Shown one piece after another: positions 37,444-47,112 of a stretch of DNA of 64,000 bases. The stretch is from Minisyncoccia bacterium. Lineage in GTDB: Bacteria > Patescibacteriota > Minisyncoccia > Phycocordibacterales > UBA9973. The number at the start of each line of letters is the position of its first letter. Within the stretch, counting starts at the first letter, position 1. The stretch covers positions 17,939-81,938 of the forward strand of contig JBBRWS010000004.1 in the NCBI GenBank assembly GCA_038249055.1. Direction: 5' to 3'. The position numbers and the translations under genes are program-made. Under the pieces are notes generated by a model. The model had not been told where the DNA came from, did not search any database, and saw only the letters and a list, made by a program, of their open reading frames with translations.

Positions 37444-38224
37444 AGGTATTTTTATTGCTATTTTTATTGCTATCTTTACAACTGGTATTTTAGATGTAAG
37501 TAATTTAGATATTATTTTATTGCTTTTAGCTGGAGGATTATCTATTGTTTGGATTATTTTATATTTATACGCTATTGAAATTGAAGATATTTCAGTTATT
37601 GTACCTTGGTTTTTAACTGTCCCTATTTTTGGATTTATTCTAGGTTATATTTTTCTAGGAGAAACATTATCTACCTCGCAAATTTTTGGTTCCATTGTTG
37701 TATTTTTTGGGTTGATTTTACTTTCTATTGATTTTTTCGAGAGAAAGATTACTGCAAAAAAGAAAACAATTATATACATGCTTATTGCGTCTTTAATAAT
37801 TGCTTGCTCTGGTGTTTTATTTAAATTTGTAACGATTGAGGGTAATTTTTGGGTATCTTCATTCTGGGAATATTCTGGATTAGGAATAACAGGCTTATTT
37901 TTATATATCTTTATTCCTAAATATCGTAATGAATTTTTGTATATGCACAGAATGGGAGGAAGAAAGATTCTTATGGTTAATATAACAAGTGAATTAATGA
38001 CTATTTCAGGTAATTTAATGACAAATTTTGCCTTATTGTTGGCTCCAGTAAGTATGGTTTATCTTGTGGGAAGTTTTCATCCGGCGATTGTTTTAATTTT
38101 AACTATTATCGGTTCAAAATTTTTCCCTCATATTATAAAAGAAAATATTTCAAAAAAAGCTCTACTTCAAAAATTTATCGCAATTTTTATTATGATTATA
38201 GGCAGTGTATTTTTATTTAAATAA
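37304..38224 (+). CDS. EamA/DMT-superfamily transporter (about 10 TM helices)
   Basis: Multi-TM hydropathy pattern with two EamA-like halves. Confidence 0.6.
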   Translation: MTWFFIALGAPFLWAIVNIADQFLVSKYSEKEKERSSGGLVLFSSLIGIFIAIFIAIFTTGILDVSNLDIILLLLAGGLSIVWIILYLYAIEIEDISVIVPWFLTVPIFGFILGYIFLGETLSTSQIFGSIVVFFGLILLSIDFFERKITAKKKTIIYMLIASLIIACSGVLFKFVTIEGNFWVSSFWEYSGLGITGLFLYIFIPKYRNEFLYMHRMGGRKILMVNITSELMTISGNLMTNFALLLAPVSMVYLVGSFHPAIVLILTIIGSKFFPHIIKENISKKALLQKFIAIFIMIIGSVFLFK

Positions 38225-38339
38225 TTACTATAAATTAGGATTTTTAGGACTTATATAATTAATTAATAAAAAATTACGGCGGGGTTTACAAAATAAATTT
38301 TAAATTGTAGTATCTAGGTGAATCTTTAAATCATAAACA

Positions 38340-38816
38340 ATGAAGAAAATCGTTTTTTTAATGGCGATGATTGCTGTAGTTTTTACAGTTTCCGCCCAGG
38401 AAAAAACAGGGATAAAAGTTATCCCTGAAGTTAGGCTCGAGCCAGTCGTCTGGTTTGGTGGAGATAAAATGGTCTTTGAACCCACTGTGTCTATGGGTGC
38501 AAGGTTTGAACTCGGAAACTTTTCGGTTTTTCCGGCCTACAATGTTGGCTATTCTGACGAAGTTTGTCACAGCATGATCCTTTCTATCGATTATGTCCCT
38601 AAAAAATTTGGGGGATATTTGTATCTTAGTAAAGACCTTGGTTCGGAATATTTATATTCCGAAATAGGAGTGCAGTACATCTTTGCTTTTGGAAAGAAAG
38701 AAAGATTCAAAATCAATCCATTTGCCGGAGTCGGTCGTGATATGATCATTTACCCAGGTGATCCATTAGAATTTTACGCTACATTAGGTGTAAACTTTAT
38801 TTATTCTTTTAAATAG
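38340..38816 (+). CDS. hypothetical secreted protein
   Basis: Signal peptide MKKIVFLMAMIAVVFTVSAQE. Confidence 0.5.
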   Translation: MKKIVFLMAMIAVVFTVSAQEKTGIKVIPEVRLEPVVWFGGDKMVFEPTVSMGARFELGNFSVFPAYNVGYSDEVCHSMILSIDYVPKKFGGYLYLSKDLGSEYLYSEIGVQYIFAFGKKERFKINPFAGVGRDMIIYPGDPLEFYATLGVNFIYSFK

Positions 38817-38856
38817 GATATTCTCCTATAGAAAAAATCACCTAAAAAAACAAAAA

Positions 38857-38895
38857 AGAACCAAGAAAATTTATTTGACTTGGTTCTTTTTAATC
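38857..38895 (+). terminator. rho-independent terminator (9-bp stem, 13-nt loop, T5)
   Basis: agaaccaag...cttggttct ttttt. Confidence 0.6.
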
Positions 38896-39063
38896 TAAAA
38901 GTTCGCCTGATACTTACGTAGGGTTTATTTGGTCCATATTTACTTTTTGATAATGATTGTGGGTAGTGTATTCTTATTTGTATAAAATAATCTATACATG
39001 GATTATTTTTGGAATTAATGGTATAATTAAATATTAAATAGAACGAGGTATCTAATACCCCAT

Positions 39064-39885
39064 ATGGACAAACCTTTAGACTATAATAAAATAATGTCAG
39101 ATAAAAATCTTTTTAACGAGACTATTTATACTACACTTTCTGATGCAATAAAAATTCTTGAAGAAAGACAAAAGGACCCAAAAATTATAAAAAAAATTGA
39201 GGAGCTTTTAAAAGGTGATATACCTGAACCTCTAAATAAGATTGGGAAATATGGTATAAACGAAAAACAAGTAGCAACTCCAAGTTATGATACAAAATGG
39301 TTTATTGATTTAACTCAAAATAATGGATTATTACCAGTTTTTTTTGAATACCATAGTGATAAATTTACTTCAAATAATCATTTTAAACATTCTTTGGGTC
39401 AGTTGCGTATACACGATAACCATAATGATAAAAAAGGGGATAATATTGAAGAAAAAATAACTATTGTAGATTTTAATAAATACAATGGAAAGCCTTTGTG
39501 TGAAGTTAATACACTTTGGGGTGAACCATTAATATTATTTCACAAGAGATTGTTTGAAGCATGTGATTATAAGATTAATGATATAATATTCTCAGACTTT
39601 TCCGGGTGGCTAAAAAGAAATGGAGGTAGTGCCGAAAAATATTATGAAAAAGATTTGTTGTTATATATATGCCACGGTATTCTTTTTGAAAATTTTTTAA
39701 TGACTGACGATACCGAGGGAAATTTTACAAGAAATATATTTTTACCCGCTTTTGAAAAAGTTATAAAATTAACTGGATTAAAACCTTTAATAGTTCCAAT
39801 TCCACCAATGGACAATGAAGAAGACTCCCACTGGATTTCATATAATAAAATAATTAAAACACAAATTAATTTAATTAATTCATAA
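39064..39885 (+). CDS. hypothetical protein
   Basis: An ORF with no recognised motifs. It is the first gene of a tightly packed four-gene string. Confidence 0.45.
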   Translation: MDKPLDYNKIMSDKNLFNETIYTTLSDAIKILEERQKDPKIIKKIEELLKGDIPEPLNKIGKYGINEKQVATPSYDTKWFIDLTQNNGLLPVFFEYHSDKFTSNNHFKHSLGQLRIHDNHNDKKGDNIEEKITIVDFNKYNGKPLCEVNTLWGEPLILFHKRLFEACDYKINDIIFSDFSGWLKRNGGSAEKYYEKDLLLYICHGILFENFLMTDDTEGNFTRNIFLPAFEKVIKLTGLKPLIVPIPPMDNEEDSHWISYNKIIKTQINLINS

Positions 39886-39909
39886 TATATTATAATTTAA
39901 TTTTAAAAA

Positions 39910-40263
39910 ATGGATAAAAAAAATAAAATTTTATACACAACAGCATCAATACTTATTTTATTAGTAGTTGTAATAACAGCTTATAAAATTTTTATATTGC
40001 ATGACTACATGATTTCTTATGAAGTTGCTTGTGACCCAAAAATAGACACGTGCTATGTTTATAGTTGTGTTGAAACTACCGGTGATGAAAATTGTATAGA
40101 TTCAGAAGTTGAATATTATAAAATAATAGAAAGAAAAGCATCTCAGTCCTTAATGTGTGAATATAATAATCTTGATTGTTCTGTTTGCTTGGAAAATGAA
40201 ATTAATTGTCAAATTATAACTTGTGATTCTTCTTTAGAAGAAAATACTTGTAGTATTTTATGA
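39910..40263 (+). CDS. small Cys-rich membrane-anchored protein (13 Cys in the extracytoplasmic part)
   Basis: An N-terminal TM helix followed by C-rich repeats (CDPKIDTCYVYSC, CSVCLENEINCQIITC). Confidence 0.45.
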   Translation: MDKKNKILYTTASILILLVVVITAYKIFILHDYMISYEVACDPKIDTCYVYSCVETTGDENCIDSEVEYYKIIERKASQSLMCEYNNLDCSVCLENEINCQIITCDSSLEENTCSIL

Positions 40264-41285
40264 TACATAAGATAGTCTTTTTGGGGTTAAATAATGATAC
40301 TTTAATTTTACTCAATAAAAATAAGTCGTTTAATGTTATAGGTGTAAATTATTATGAATATTTTGATATTTGTACTCTTAACCCATTTGATTATATATTT
40401 TGTTTAGCTTATAAATTACATTATAAAAAAAAATCAAATGTAATATCTAAATTAATTTTTAAAATTTGGTGCATGTTGTCGGTTTTTTCAAGTAAAATAT
40501 ATAAAGAAAATAAAGAATATTTAAACTGTATATTAATGCATAAAATAGAAATCATAGACACTGAAGATGTTCATTATTTTTCTTCATTTATAACCTCAAA
40601 TGCAATAGATTTGCTAGTTATTAATTCATGGGGAATTATTCCAAATATAATTTTGACTTTACCAAAATTTAAAACTTTAAACATTCATCCATCATTGTTA
40701 CCTAAATATAGAGGTGCATTGCCAACGCTGTGGTCTTTAAAAAATAAAGATACAGCTACTGCTCTTACTTATATTGTATTAAATGACTCAATAGATGATG
40801 GCTTAATTGTGGCGCAACATGTTTTTAGTATAAATGAATTAGACGATTGGAAGAGTTTGGAGATAAAAATTTCTAAACTATTAAATGTGACTTTGTGTAA
40901 TGATATTTTAAATTATTTAAATAATACTTTTGTTCCAATTAAAACGACCTGTGATCCGTCATATACTGATTATTATAATAAATACAGAAGAATAGATTTA
41001 TTAAATGAATATTCAAGAGATATTTATAATAAGGTAGGACTATATCCTTACATAGAGCCATTTTTTTATTGTTACATAAAAATTTTAGATAGAAAAATAT
41101 TCTTAAAAAAGATTTATTATTATAAAAAGATAAATATAATCTTAGTCCCTGGTGGTATATATTTGGGATTAGGTTTTATTCTTTTTTTCTCAAAAGATGG
41201 TATACTCAAATCATATCTTTTTAAAGATATGCAATTTAGAGATAGTATTTTTATTATTTTTAAAAAAATAACATCAAAAATATGA
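40260..41285 (+). CDS. formyltransferase-family protein (Fmt/PurN/ArnA-like catalytic core) with a C-terminal TM segment
   Basis: LNIHPSLLPKYRGALPTLWSL...LNDSIDDGLIVAQ carries the catalytic Asn/His/Asp of formyltransferases. It overlaps both flanking genes by 4 nt (ATGA). Confidence 0.6.
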   Translation: MIHKIVFLGLNNDTLILLNKNKSFNVIGVNYYEYFDICTLNPFDYIFCLAYKLHYKKKSNVISKLIFKIWCMLSVFSSKIYKENKEYLNCILMHKIEIIDTEDVHYFSSFITSNAIDLLVINSWGIIPNIILTLPKFKTLNIHPSLLPKYRGALPTLWSLKNKDTATALTYIVLNDSIDDGLIVAQHVFSINELDDWKSLEIKISKLLNVTLCNDILNYLNNTFVPIKTTCDPSYTDYYNKYRRIDLLNEYSRDIYNKVGLYPYIEPFFYCYIKILDRKIFLKKIYYYKKINIILVPGGIYLGLGFILFFSKDGILKSYLFKDMQFRDSIFIIFKKITSKI

Positions 41286-42964
41286 TTTGTCCAAGTTACC
41301 CAACTCCATTTTTATATATTTTTTCTGAACAAGTTCCACAACTTTTGTATTATTCACACTTACCCCTTATTTTTATTTCCATTTTTATAGGTTTTTTTGT
41401 TTTGATTAAAGATAAAAAATCAAAATTAAGCATAGCATTGTCAACACCCCTATTCATTTTTTCTATTTGGTTGATATTTGATTTAATTACATGGACAAGT
41501 AATTCAAGTGACAACATAATGTTTGTCTGGTCTTTTTTTGGTATACTTTTTATTTCTTTAATTTATTTCTTTTTACGTTTTTTGTATATATTTTTTGAGG
41601 ATAAAGAAATCCCATTCTATTTATCATCGATAATATTTATTTTATATTTACCAGTTTTATTTTTAACTTTTACATCTTTAAATTTGTCCATTTTTGATTT
41701 AGTGCAATGTAGCTCTATAGAAAATAATTATTTCGTCGCCTATTATTATTCCATTGGAGTATTAATATTTATTTATCTTTGTTACTTTGTTGCAAAGCAC
41801 TATATTAGGTCCGACTCTTTTTCAAAATCTAAGATCTTACTAACTGGAGTTGGCACTATATTATTTTTGATTTTCTTTTTTTTAACTGGAATCATGGTTA
41901 CTATATTAAAATATTTTAATATAGTAAAGGATTTTCAGATTGAACAATATGGCTTTTTCCCGATTATTATTTTTATAATATTACTCGCTCTGACTGTTAT
42001 AAAATATAAAGTATTTAACATTAAGCTTTTAGCAGTTCGTTCTTTAGTGTTTGCGCTAGCTTTTTTAATCGGTTCTCAATTTTTCTTTATAAAAGTAACA
42101 ACAAATTTTATTTTAAATGGTATCACTTTTGTCGGGGTTATCATTTTTGGTCAATCTCTTATAAAATCAGTCAAAAAAGAAATCGAGCAAAAGGAATATC
42201 TTGAAAAACTTTCAGAAATGTTGAAACATTCAAGAACTCGTCTTGAAGAAGCAAATGTAAAATTACAAAGCTTGGATAAACTTAAAACTGAATTCGTTTC
42301 TTTGGCCTCACATCAACTACGTAGCCCCCTTACAGCTATTAAAGGTTATACTTCAATGCTTCTTGAGGGAGACTATGGAGAAATAAACCCACAGGCAAGA
42401 GAAATCGTTGAGAGAGTAGCAGAATCAAGCAAAAACCTAACATTGGTAGTTGAAGACCTTCTAAATGTTGCCAAAATTGAACAAGGAGGAATGAAATACG
42501 AAATAGATAAAGTTGATTTTAGTGAACTAGTTGAAAATACAGCGAGGGATTTATCTATTACTGCAGAAAAGAAAGGCTTGAAATTAATTGATAGTATTCC
42601 AAAAGATCAAAAATTCTTTGTTAGTGGAGATAAGGAAAAACTTAGACAGGTTTTGATTAATTTGATTGATAACTCAATGAAATATACTCCCTCTGGTCAA
42701 ATAGAAGTAAACATGAATTTCAAAGATGGAAAAATTCTTTTATCTATTAAAGATACAGGAGTGGGAATATCAAAAGAAGTAATAGGAACTTTGTTTGCAA
42801 AGTTTTCTCGCGGAGATGGTGCCAAATTAAATAGTACTGGTACAGGTCTTGGACTATACTTGGTAAAAGAAATTGTAGAAGCTCACCATGGCCGAGTCTG
42901 GGTAGAATCAGAGGGCACTGGTCACGGCTCAACATTCTTTGTGGAAATTGAAGGGGTGGAGTAA
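41282..42964 (+). CDS. sensor histidine kinase with an about 8-TM N-terminal domain
   Basis: HisKA H-box LASHQLRSPLTAIKGY and the N, G1 and G2 boxes (LIDNSMKYTP, DTGVGI, GTGLGL). Confidence 0.85.
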   Translation: MICPSYPTPFLYIFSEQVPQLLYYSHLPLIFISIFIGFFVLIKDKKSKLSIALSTPLFIFSIWLIFDLITWTSNSSDNIMFVWSFFGILFISLIYFFLRFLYIFFEDKEIPFYLSSIIFILYLPVLFLTFTSLNLSIFDLVQCSSIENNYFVAYYYSIGVLIFIYLCYFVAKHYIRSDSFSKSKILLTGVGTILFLIFFFLTGIMVTILKYFNIVKDFQIEQYGFFPIIIFIILLALTVIKYKVFNIKLLAVRSLVFALAFLIGSQFFFIKVTTNFILNGITFVGVIIFGQSLIKSVKKEIEQKEYLEKLSEMLKHSRTRLEEANVKLQSLDKLKTEFVSLASHQLRSPLTAIKGYTSMLLEGDYGEINPQAREIVERVAESSKNLTLVVEDLLNVAKIEQGGMKYEIDKVDFSELVENTARDLSITAEKKGLKLIDSIPKDQKFFVSGDKEKLRQVLINLIDNSMKYTPSGQIEVNMNFKDGKILLSIKDTGVGISKEVIGTLFAKFSRGDGAKLNSTGTGLGLYLVKEIVEAHHGRVWVESEGTGHGSTFFVEIEGVE

Positions 42965-42987
42965 TTACGAATTAATAATTAAGAATT

Positions 42988-43040
42988 AAAAAAAATAGAG
43001 GTTGTACGTCTAAGGAAGACGTCCAACCTCTATTTTTTTT
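42988..43040. terminator. bidirectional terminator (A8, 15-bp stem, T8) between the histidine kinase gene and convergent cysS
   Basis: tagaggttgtacgtc taaggaa gacgtccaacctcta. Related to the hairpin at 21670. Confidence 0.85.
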
Positions 43041-43046
43041 ATCTAT

Positions 43047-44411
43047 TTATATTTTAGAAATTACTGAACCAGCATCAGTATCTTTTATTTCATATCCCAA
43101 AGAATTTATTTTTTTTCTTAGCTCGTCACTTTTTGCCCAATCTTTTTCTATGCGAACTTTTTCACGCTCTGTAACTAATTCCTTTATATCATCGGGAATT
43201 ATGATTTCTGTTTCTTTTTTTATTTTATCTAAACCAAACCCAAAAACTTTATCAAAATCTAAAATGGTTGCTTTTTTATCTATATCAGAAAGGGAAGTGT
43301 CTTTCAATAATTCCCAGACAAGAGCCAAGGCTTTAGGACTTTCAAGGTTATTGTCTAAATACTCCACAAAACGTGATTTATAAGTAGTATTTATCGTTCC
43401 AGTATCACTTCCAAGGGCTAAAAATGCCTCTCTGAGCCTTTCTAATGCAGTTTGAGCCCCACTTACTGCTTCTAAAGTAAAGTTTGTTCTAGTGGTATAG
43501 CTTGAAGTGTATAGCCAATATCTAAAAGCAATAGGATCAATATTTTTATTTATTAAATCTTGTAATGTATAAAAATTACCAAGCGACTTACTCATTTTTT
43601 GTCCGTCTACAAGCAAATGCTCGTTGTGCATAAAATATTTTGCAAAGCTTCTACCAGTAGCACATTCTGACTGTGCTATTTCATTTTCATGGTGAGGAAA
43701 AATATTATCTACTCCTCCAGTGTGAATATCAAAACTTTCACCAAGTTCACTCATACTCATAGCAGAACATTCTATATGCCAACCTGGGCGTCCTTTGCCT
43801 AAATCGGTTTCCCAAAATACTTCGCCATCAGTTTCATCCCATGCTTTCCAAAGAGCAAAATCTTGAGCGTTTTCTTTTTCATATTCATCTTTTTTGAGTC
43901 GGTTGTCAGCATTTTCTTTTAAATCCGAAAGATTGAAGTGAGATAGTTTACCGTACTCTTTATCCTTATGAATATCAAAGTATACAGAGCCATCACTTGT
44001 TTTATATGCAAAACCTTTTTTCTCTAATTCCTGAATAAGAGTGACCATTTGATGTATATAATCAGTTGCTTTGGTATAGATATCTGCTGGAACAATATTT
44101 AAAGCATCTCTATCTTTAAAGAATTCTTCTGTGTAAAATTCAGTAAGCTCCTTTAGGGATTTATTCTGAGCTTGGACTTCACGGATTATTTTATCTTCAA
44201 CATCAGTTATATTCATGACGTGTTTAACGCTATAACCACTATATTTTAAGTATCTTTTAAGTAAATCAGCAAAAATATATGCACGCCAATTACCTATATG
44301 AAGATGATTGTAAACAGTTGGACCACATGTATACAAACCAACACTACCATAAAGGTTTGGTTCAAAAGCTTCTTTTTTTCTACTAAGTGTATTAAATATG
44401 ATTAAAGACAT
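43047..44411 (-). CDS. cysS: cysteinyl-tRNA synthetase
   Basis: GPTVYNHLHIGN and KMSKSLGNF. Confidence 0.95.
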   Translation of the reverse strand: MSLIIFNTLSRKKEAFEPNLYGSVGLYTCGPTVYNHLHIGNWRAYIFADLLKRYLKYSGYSVKHVMNITDVEDKIIREVQAQNKSLKELTEFYTEEFFKDRDALNIVPADIYTKATDYIHQMVTLIQELEKKGFAYKTSDGSVYFDIHKDKEYGKLSHFNLSDLKENADNRLKKDEYEKENAQDFALWKAWDETDGEVFWETDLGKGRPGWHIECSAMSMSELGESFDIHTGGVDNIFPHHENEIAQSECATGRSFAKYFMHNEHLLVDGQKMSKSLGNFYTLQDLINKNIDPIAFRYWLYTSSYTTRTNFTLEAVSGAQTALERLREAFLALGSDTGTINTTYKSRFVEYLDNNLESPKALALVWELLKDTSLSDIDKKATILDFDKVFGFGLDKIKKETEIIIPDDIKELVTEREKVRIEKDWAKSDELRKKINSLGYEIKDTDAGSVISKI

Positions 44412-45201
44412 ATAAATATATTGATATAATAACGACTAAAGATGTTACAACTAATGCAATTAATAATTTTATCTTTCTATTGTTCTGCTTTATTAAAATT
44501 AAATTATTAAGATTATATAAATTAATTAAACTTTTATTTTGTGAAGCGATTATAAGTTTTACTTTGATAAACTCTTCTGTAATAATGGATGAATAGTTTT
44601 CAAACTTATCTCCAAAAATCTGAATTAAATATTTTGACATAGTATCGAGGACTTTATCGTGTGACCCAATAATTTCTTCCATTTTTATTAAAATTTGATT
44701 CTTCTTAAAAATTAACCATGGAGTATTTTTAGTTTTTGATTTATTTATTTTATTTTCTATTTCTTTTATATAATTTTCATTTTGACTAAGTTGCTCTTTT
44801 AGATTTAAATATAAACTTTTAATTAAATAGAATGATAGTAAATCAGTATGCTTAATCTGTAGTTGTTCAGGAAGGGTAGTATCAATTTCTAAATTCTTTA
44901 TAAATTCACTAAAAGCTTCAACTGGTTTATCGTGAATTGTTAAAACAAAATTATTATTGATAATAAAATCTATTTTATTTTTTTGAACAATATTTTCTTT
45001 GCTCAAAATTTGTGGAAAATATAAAGAACTAAAAATATAACCGGAATTTAGTTTGGTCTTGGATTCTTCATTTTTTATCCTCATTTCTTCTTCTATAGAC
45101 AAAGGGATAGAATATTGTTCTATTACATAAAGAATTTCTTCCTCACTAGGTGTCTCTAAATCTACCCAAGTTAGCTCTTTATGACTATATTTTGATATCA
45201 T
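44392..45201 (-). CDS. hypothetical protein with a CorA-like N-terminal region and a single C-terminal TM helix
   Basis: LTWVDLETPSEEEILYVIEQYSIPLSIEEEM resembles the CorA N-terminus. No GMN motif is seen. Confidence 0.35.
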   Translation of the reverse strand: MISKYSHKELTWVDLETPSEEEILYVIEQYSIPLSIEEEMRIKNEESKTKLNSGYIFSSLYFPQILSKENIVQKNKIDFIINNNFVLTIHDKPVEAFSEFIKNLEIDTTLPEQLQIKHTDLLSFYLIKSLYLNLKEQLSQNENYIKEIENKINKSKTKNTPWLIFKKNQILIKMEEIIGSHDKVLDTMSKYLIQIFGDKFENYSSIITEEFIKVKLIIASQNKSLINLYNLNNLILIKQNNRKIKLLIALVVTSLVVIISIYLYVFNHI

Positions 45202-45306
45202 GCTGTTTATTATACAATTTTGCTTGCTTTTTTCAAAACTTTTGTGTATTATAGTTGTTATCCGGAGATTCCATATATTAAAGGGATTATAAGGGTAAAA
45301 TCAATT

Positions 45307-45678
45307 ATGCCTAAAACAATAAAGACAGCAGAAAAGACGAAGAAAGCAGCTCCCGAAATAAAGGAGTTTGCAGTTATTTTAACAGGTGGCAAACAGTACA
45401 AAGTGGCTGTTGGTGATGTGTTAAAAGTAGAAAAGATTGATGGAGAATTCAATATTGGAGATAAGGTAATTTTTGATAAAGTTTTACTTGTAGACAATGG
45501 AACAGATACAACAATCGGAGCTCCATATATAGAAAAAGCTACAGTTGAATCATTGTTCCAAAGATTTGGTAAAGCTAAGACAGTAAATGTAGTTAAATAT
45601 AAACAAAAAAGTAGATACCTTAAAAAGAACGGACACAGACAACCTTTTATAGAAGTAAAAATCTCAGCAATTAAATAA
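45307..45678 (+). CDS. rplU: 50S ribosomal protein L21 (the longer ORF from 45220 is probably spurious upstream extension)
   Basis: FAVILTGGKQYKVAVGDVLKVEKI...KYKQKSRYLKKNGHRQPFIEVKISAI. Confidence 0.85.
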   Translation: MPKTIKTAEKTKKAAPEIKEFAVILTGGKQYKVAVGDVLKVEKIDGEFNIGDKVIFDKVLLVDNGTDTTIGAPYIEKATVESLFQRFGKAKTVNVVKYKQKSRYLKKNGHRQPFIEVKISAIK

Positions 45679-45683
45679 AAATC

Positions 45684-45710
45684 AGCCCCGAAAGGGGTTG
45701 TTTTTTATTT
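45684..45710 (+). terminator. rho-independent terminator with a GAAA tetraloop after rplU
   Basis: agcccc gaaa ggggtt gttttttattt. Confidence 0.8.
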
Positions 45711-45780
45711 GACTAATTATTTTGTAAGTTGTAATCTGAAGGAAAAGACAATGTTTTCTCACTCTTTAAAATTCTAAACT

Positions 45781-46230
45781 ATGAAAAAATTTTATGATTT
45801 GAGGATTTTTCACCCCATGGTAATGGGTGGTGAATACGAAAAAGTAAGAAGGGCAATTCAGGTGATGATTTGCAATATACTTTTAGAAAAACTGAACCAA
45901 TCAGAAAAGGATATTTTTCTGATTAAAAACTACTTTATTTGGGATCCAAATTATCCAGAACAAGGTGAGACACAAGACTTGTTGGAACATCTTGTTTTTG
46001 ATGCAATAAGTCACGCTGGTACTCTAAACTGTTCCGACAATTTTATTTCAAAAATGTATCTTTATGATCTTGAAAAATTTACCGGTATTTCAGACCCTTC
46101 AACTTTCATGGCTCTTGTTGAAAAGATAAATGAAAAATGGGAAAGATTGGCCGTAATTACAGTCTTTAGTGTTAATGGTAATAATCCAGAAATAACATTC
46201 AGGTTATTAACAAAACTTGAACTGGATTAA
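45781..46230 (+). CDS. hypothetical protein
   Basis: An ORF bounded by terminators. No recognised motifs. Confidence 0.45.
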   Translation: MKKFYDLRIFHPMVMGGEYEKVRRAIQVMICNILLEKLNQSEKDIFLIKNYFIWDPNYPEQGETQDLLEHLVFDAISHAGTLNCSDNFISKMYLYDLEKFTGISDPSTFMALVEKINEKWERLAVITVFSVNGNNPEITFRLLTKLELD

Positions 46231-46251
46231 AATATTTAAATTAAAGATATA

Positions 46252-46284
46252 TAAAAACCATCCTTGTAATAGGGATGGTTTTTT
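46252..46284 (+). terminator. rho-independent terminator
   Basis: aaccatcc ttgtaatag ggatggtt tttt. Confidence 0.8.
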
Positions 46285-46413
46285 GTATTAAAAGTTATTA
46301 AAATATTTTAAATATAATTTCCATCGCTTTACTCTATAGCGTAAAGTGATGGAAGTGTGCTTATAACTTTTTCTGCTTATTATTTTTTTATTTAAATATT
46401 ATGCTCTATAATA

Positions 46414-47067
46414 TTAAGCGCGATTTTTAAGAGCATTTTTTATCGTTTCTCCATCAGAATACTCAAGTTCTGTTCCAGTAGAAAGGCCACGACCAAGTGA
46501 TACAATTTTAAAATTATATTTATTTTGCAATCCTGATAATTGCTCTCTTAAATACATATCAGTATGTTCTCCTTGTGGATTTAAAGAAAGGGCAATAATA
46601 ACTTCCTTTAAACTATCCCCGCCTGAATGACTATCAAGTCGGGCAGGTTTTTTGGCCCTATTTTCAACTGTATTTAATAATTCTTTTAAACGTAAAAAAC
46701 TAGGTGTTTCTTTCGTAACGATAGGTGCTAACCCTCCAAGAATAAAATACATTCCAGAATAATTTTTACTTCTTTTTATATTTTCATAATCAGCATCTTT
46801 TTCAATAATTAAAAGGGAAGTCTTATCTGTTTTTGTATTCTTGCAAACATCACACAATTGATTACTTTCACCCTTAAAAAATAAAAAACAAGAAGGACAT
46901 TGATGAATTAAATTTTTCAATCCAAGGATACTATCCCCAAGTTCTTTTGAATAAGTAGGATTTTTATGAAGCAGAAAATAAACAAAGCGCTTTGCTTGTC
47001 GTTCTCCTATTCCAGGAAATTCTTTAAAGTATTCTGTTAGTTTTTCTATTGGATCCATAGTGTGCAT
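46414..47067 (-). CDS. recR: recombination protein RecR
   Basis: HhH (LPGIGERQAKRF), a C4 zinc finger (CPSC...CDVC) and a Toprim domain. Confidence 0.9.
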   Translation of the reverse strand: MHTMDPIEKLTEYFKEFPGIGERQAKRFVYFLLHKNPTYSKELGDSILGLKNLIHQCPSCFLFFKGESNQLCDVCKNTKTDKTSLLIIEKDADYENIKRSKNYSGMYFILGGLAPIVTKETPSFLRLKELLNTVENRAKKPARLDSHSGGDSLKEVIIALSLNPQGEHTDMYLREQLSGLQNKYNFKIVSLGRGLSTGTELEYSDGETIKNALKNRA

Positions 47068-47112
47068 TTTAAAGCGGAGTCATAATAATATTATGATGAA
47101 GCTTAACTAAAT

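Noticed and set aside
46337-46372. Hairpin ttccatcgctttac...gtaaagtgatggaa downstream of recR, considered as a terminator.
   Set aside because: It is not followed by a T tract on the minus strand. It is noted only as a stable hairpin and not called as a feature.
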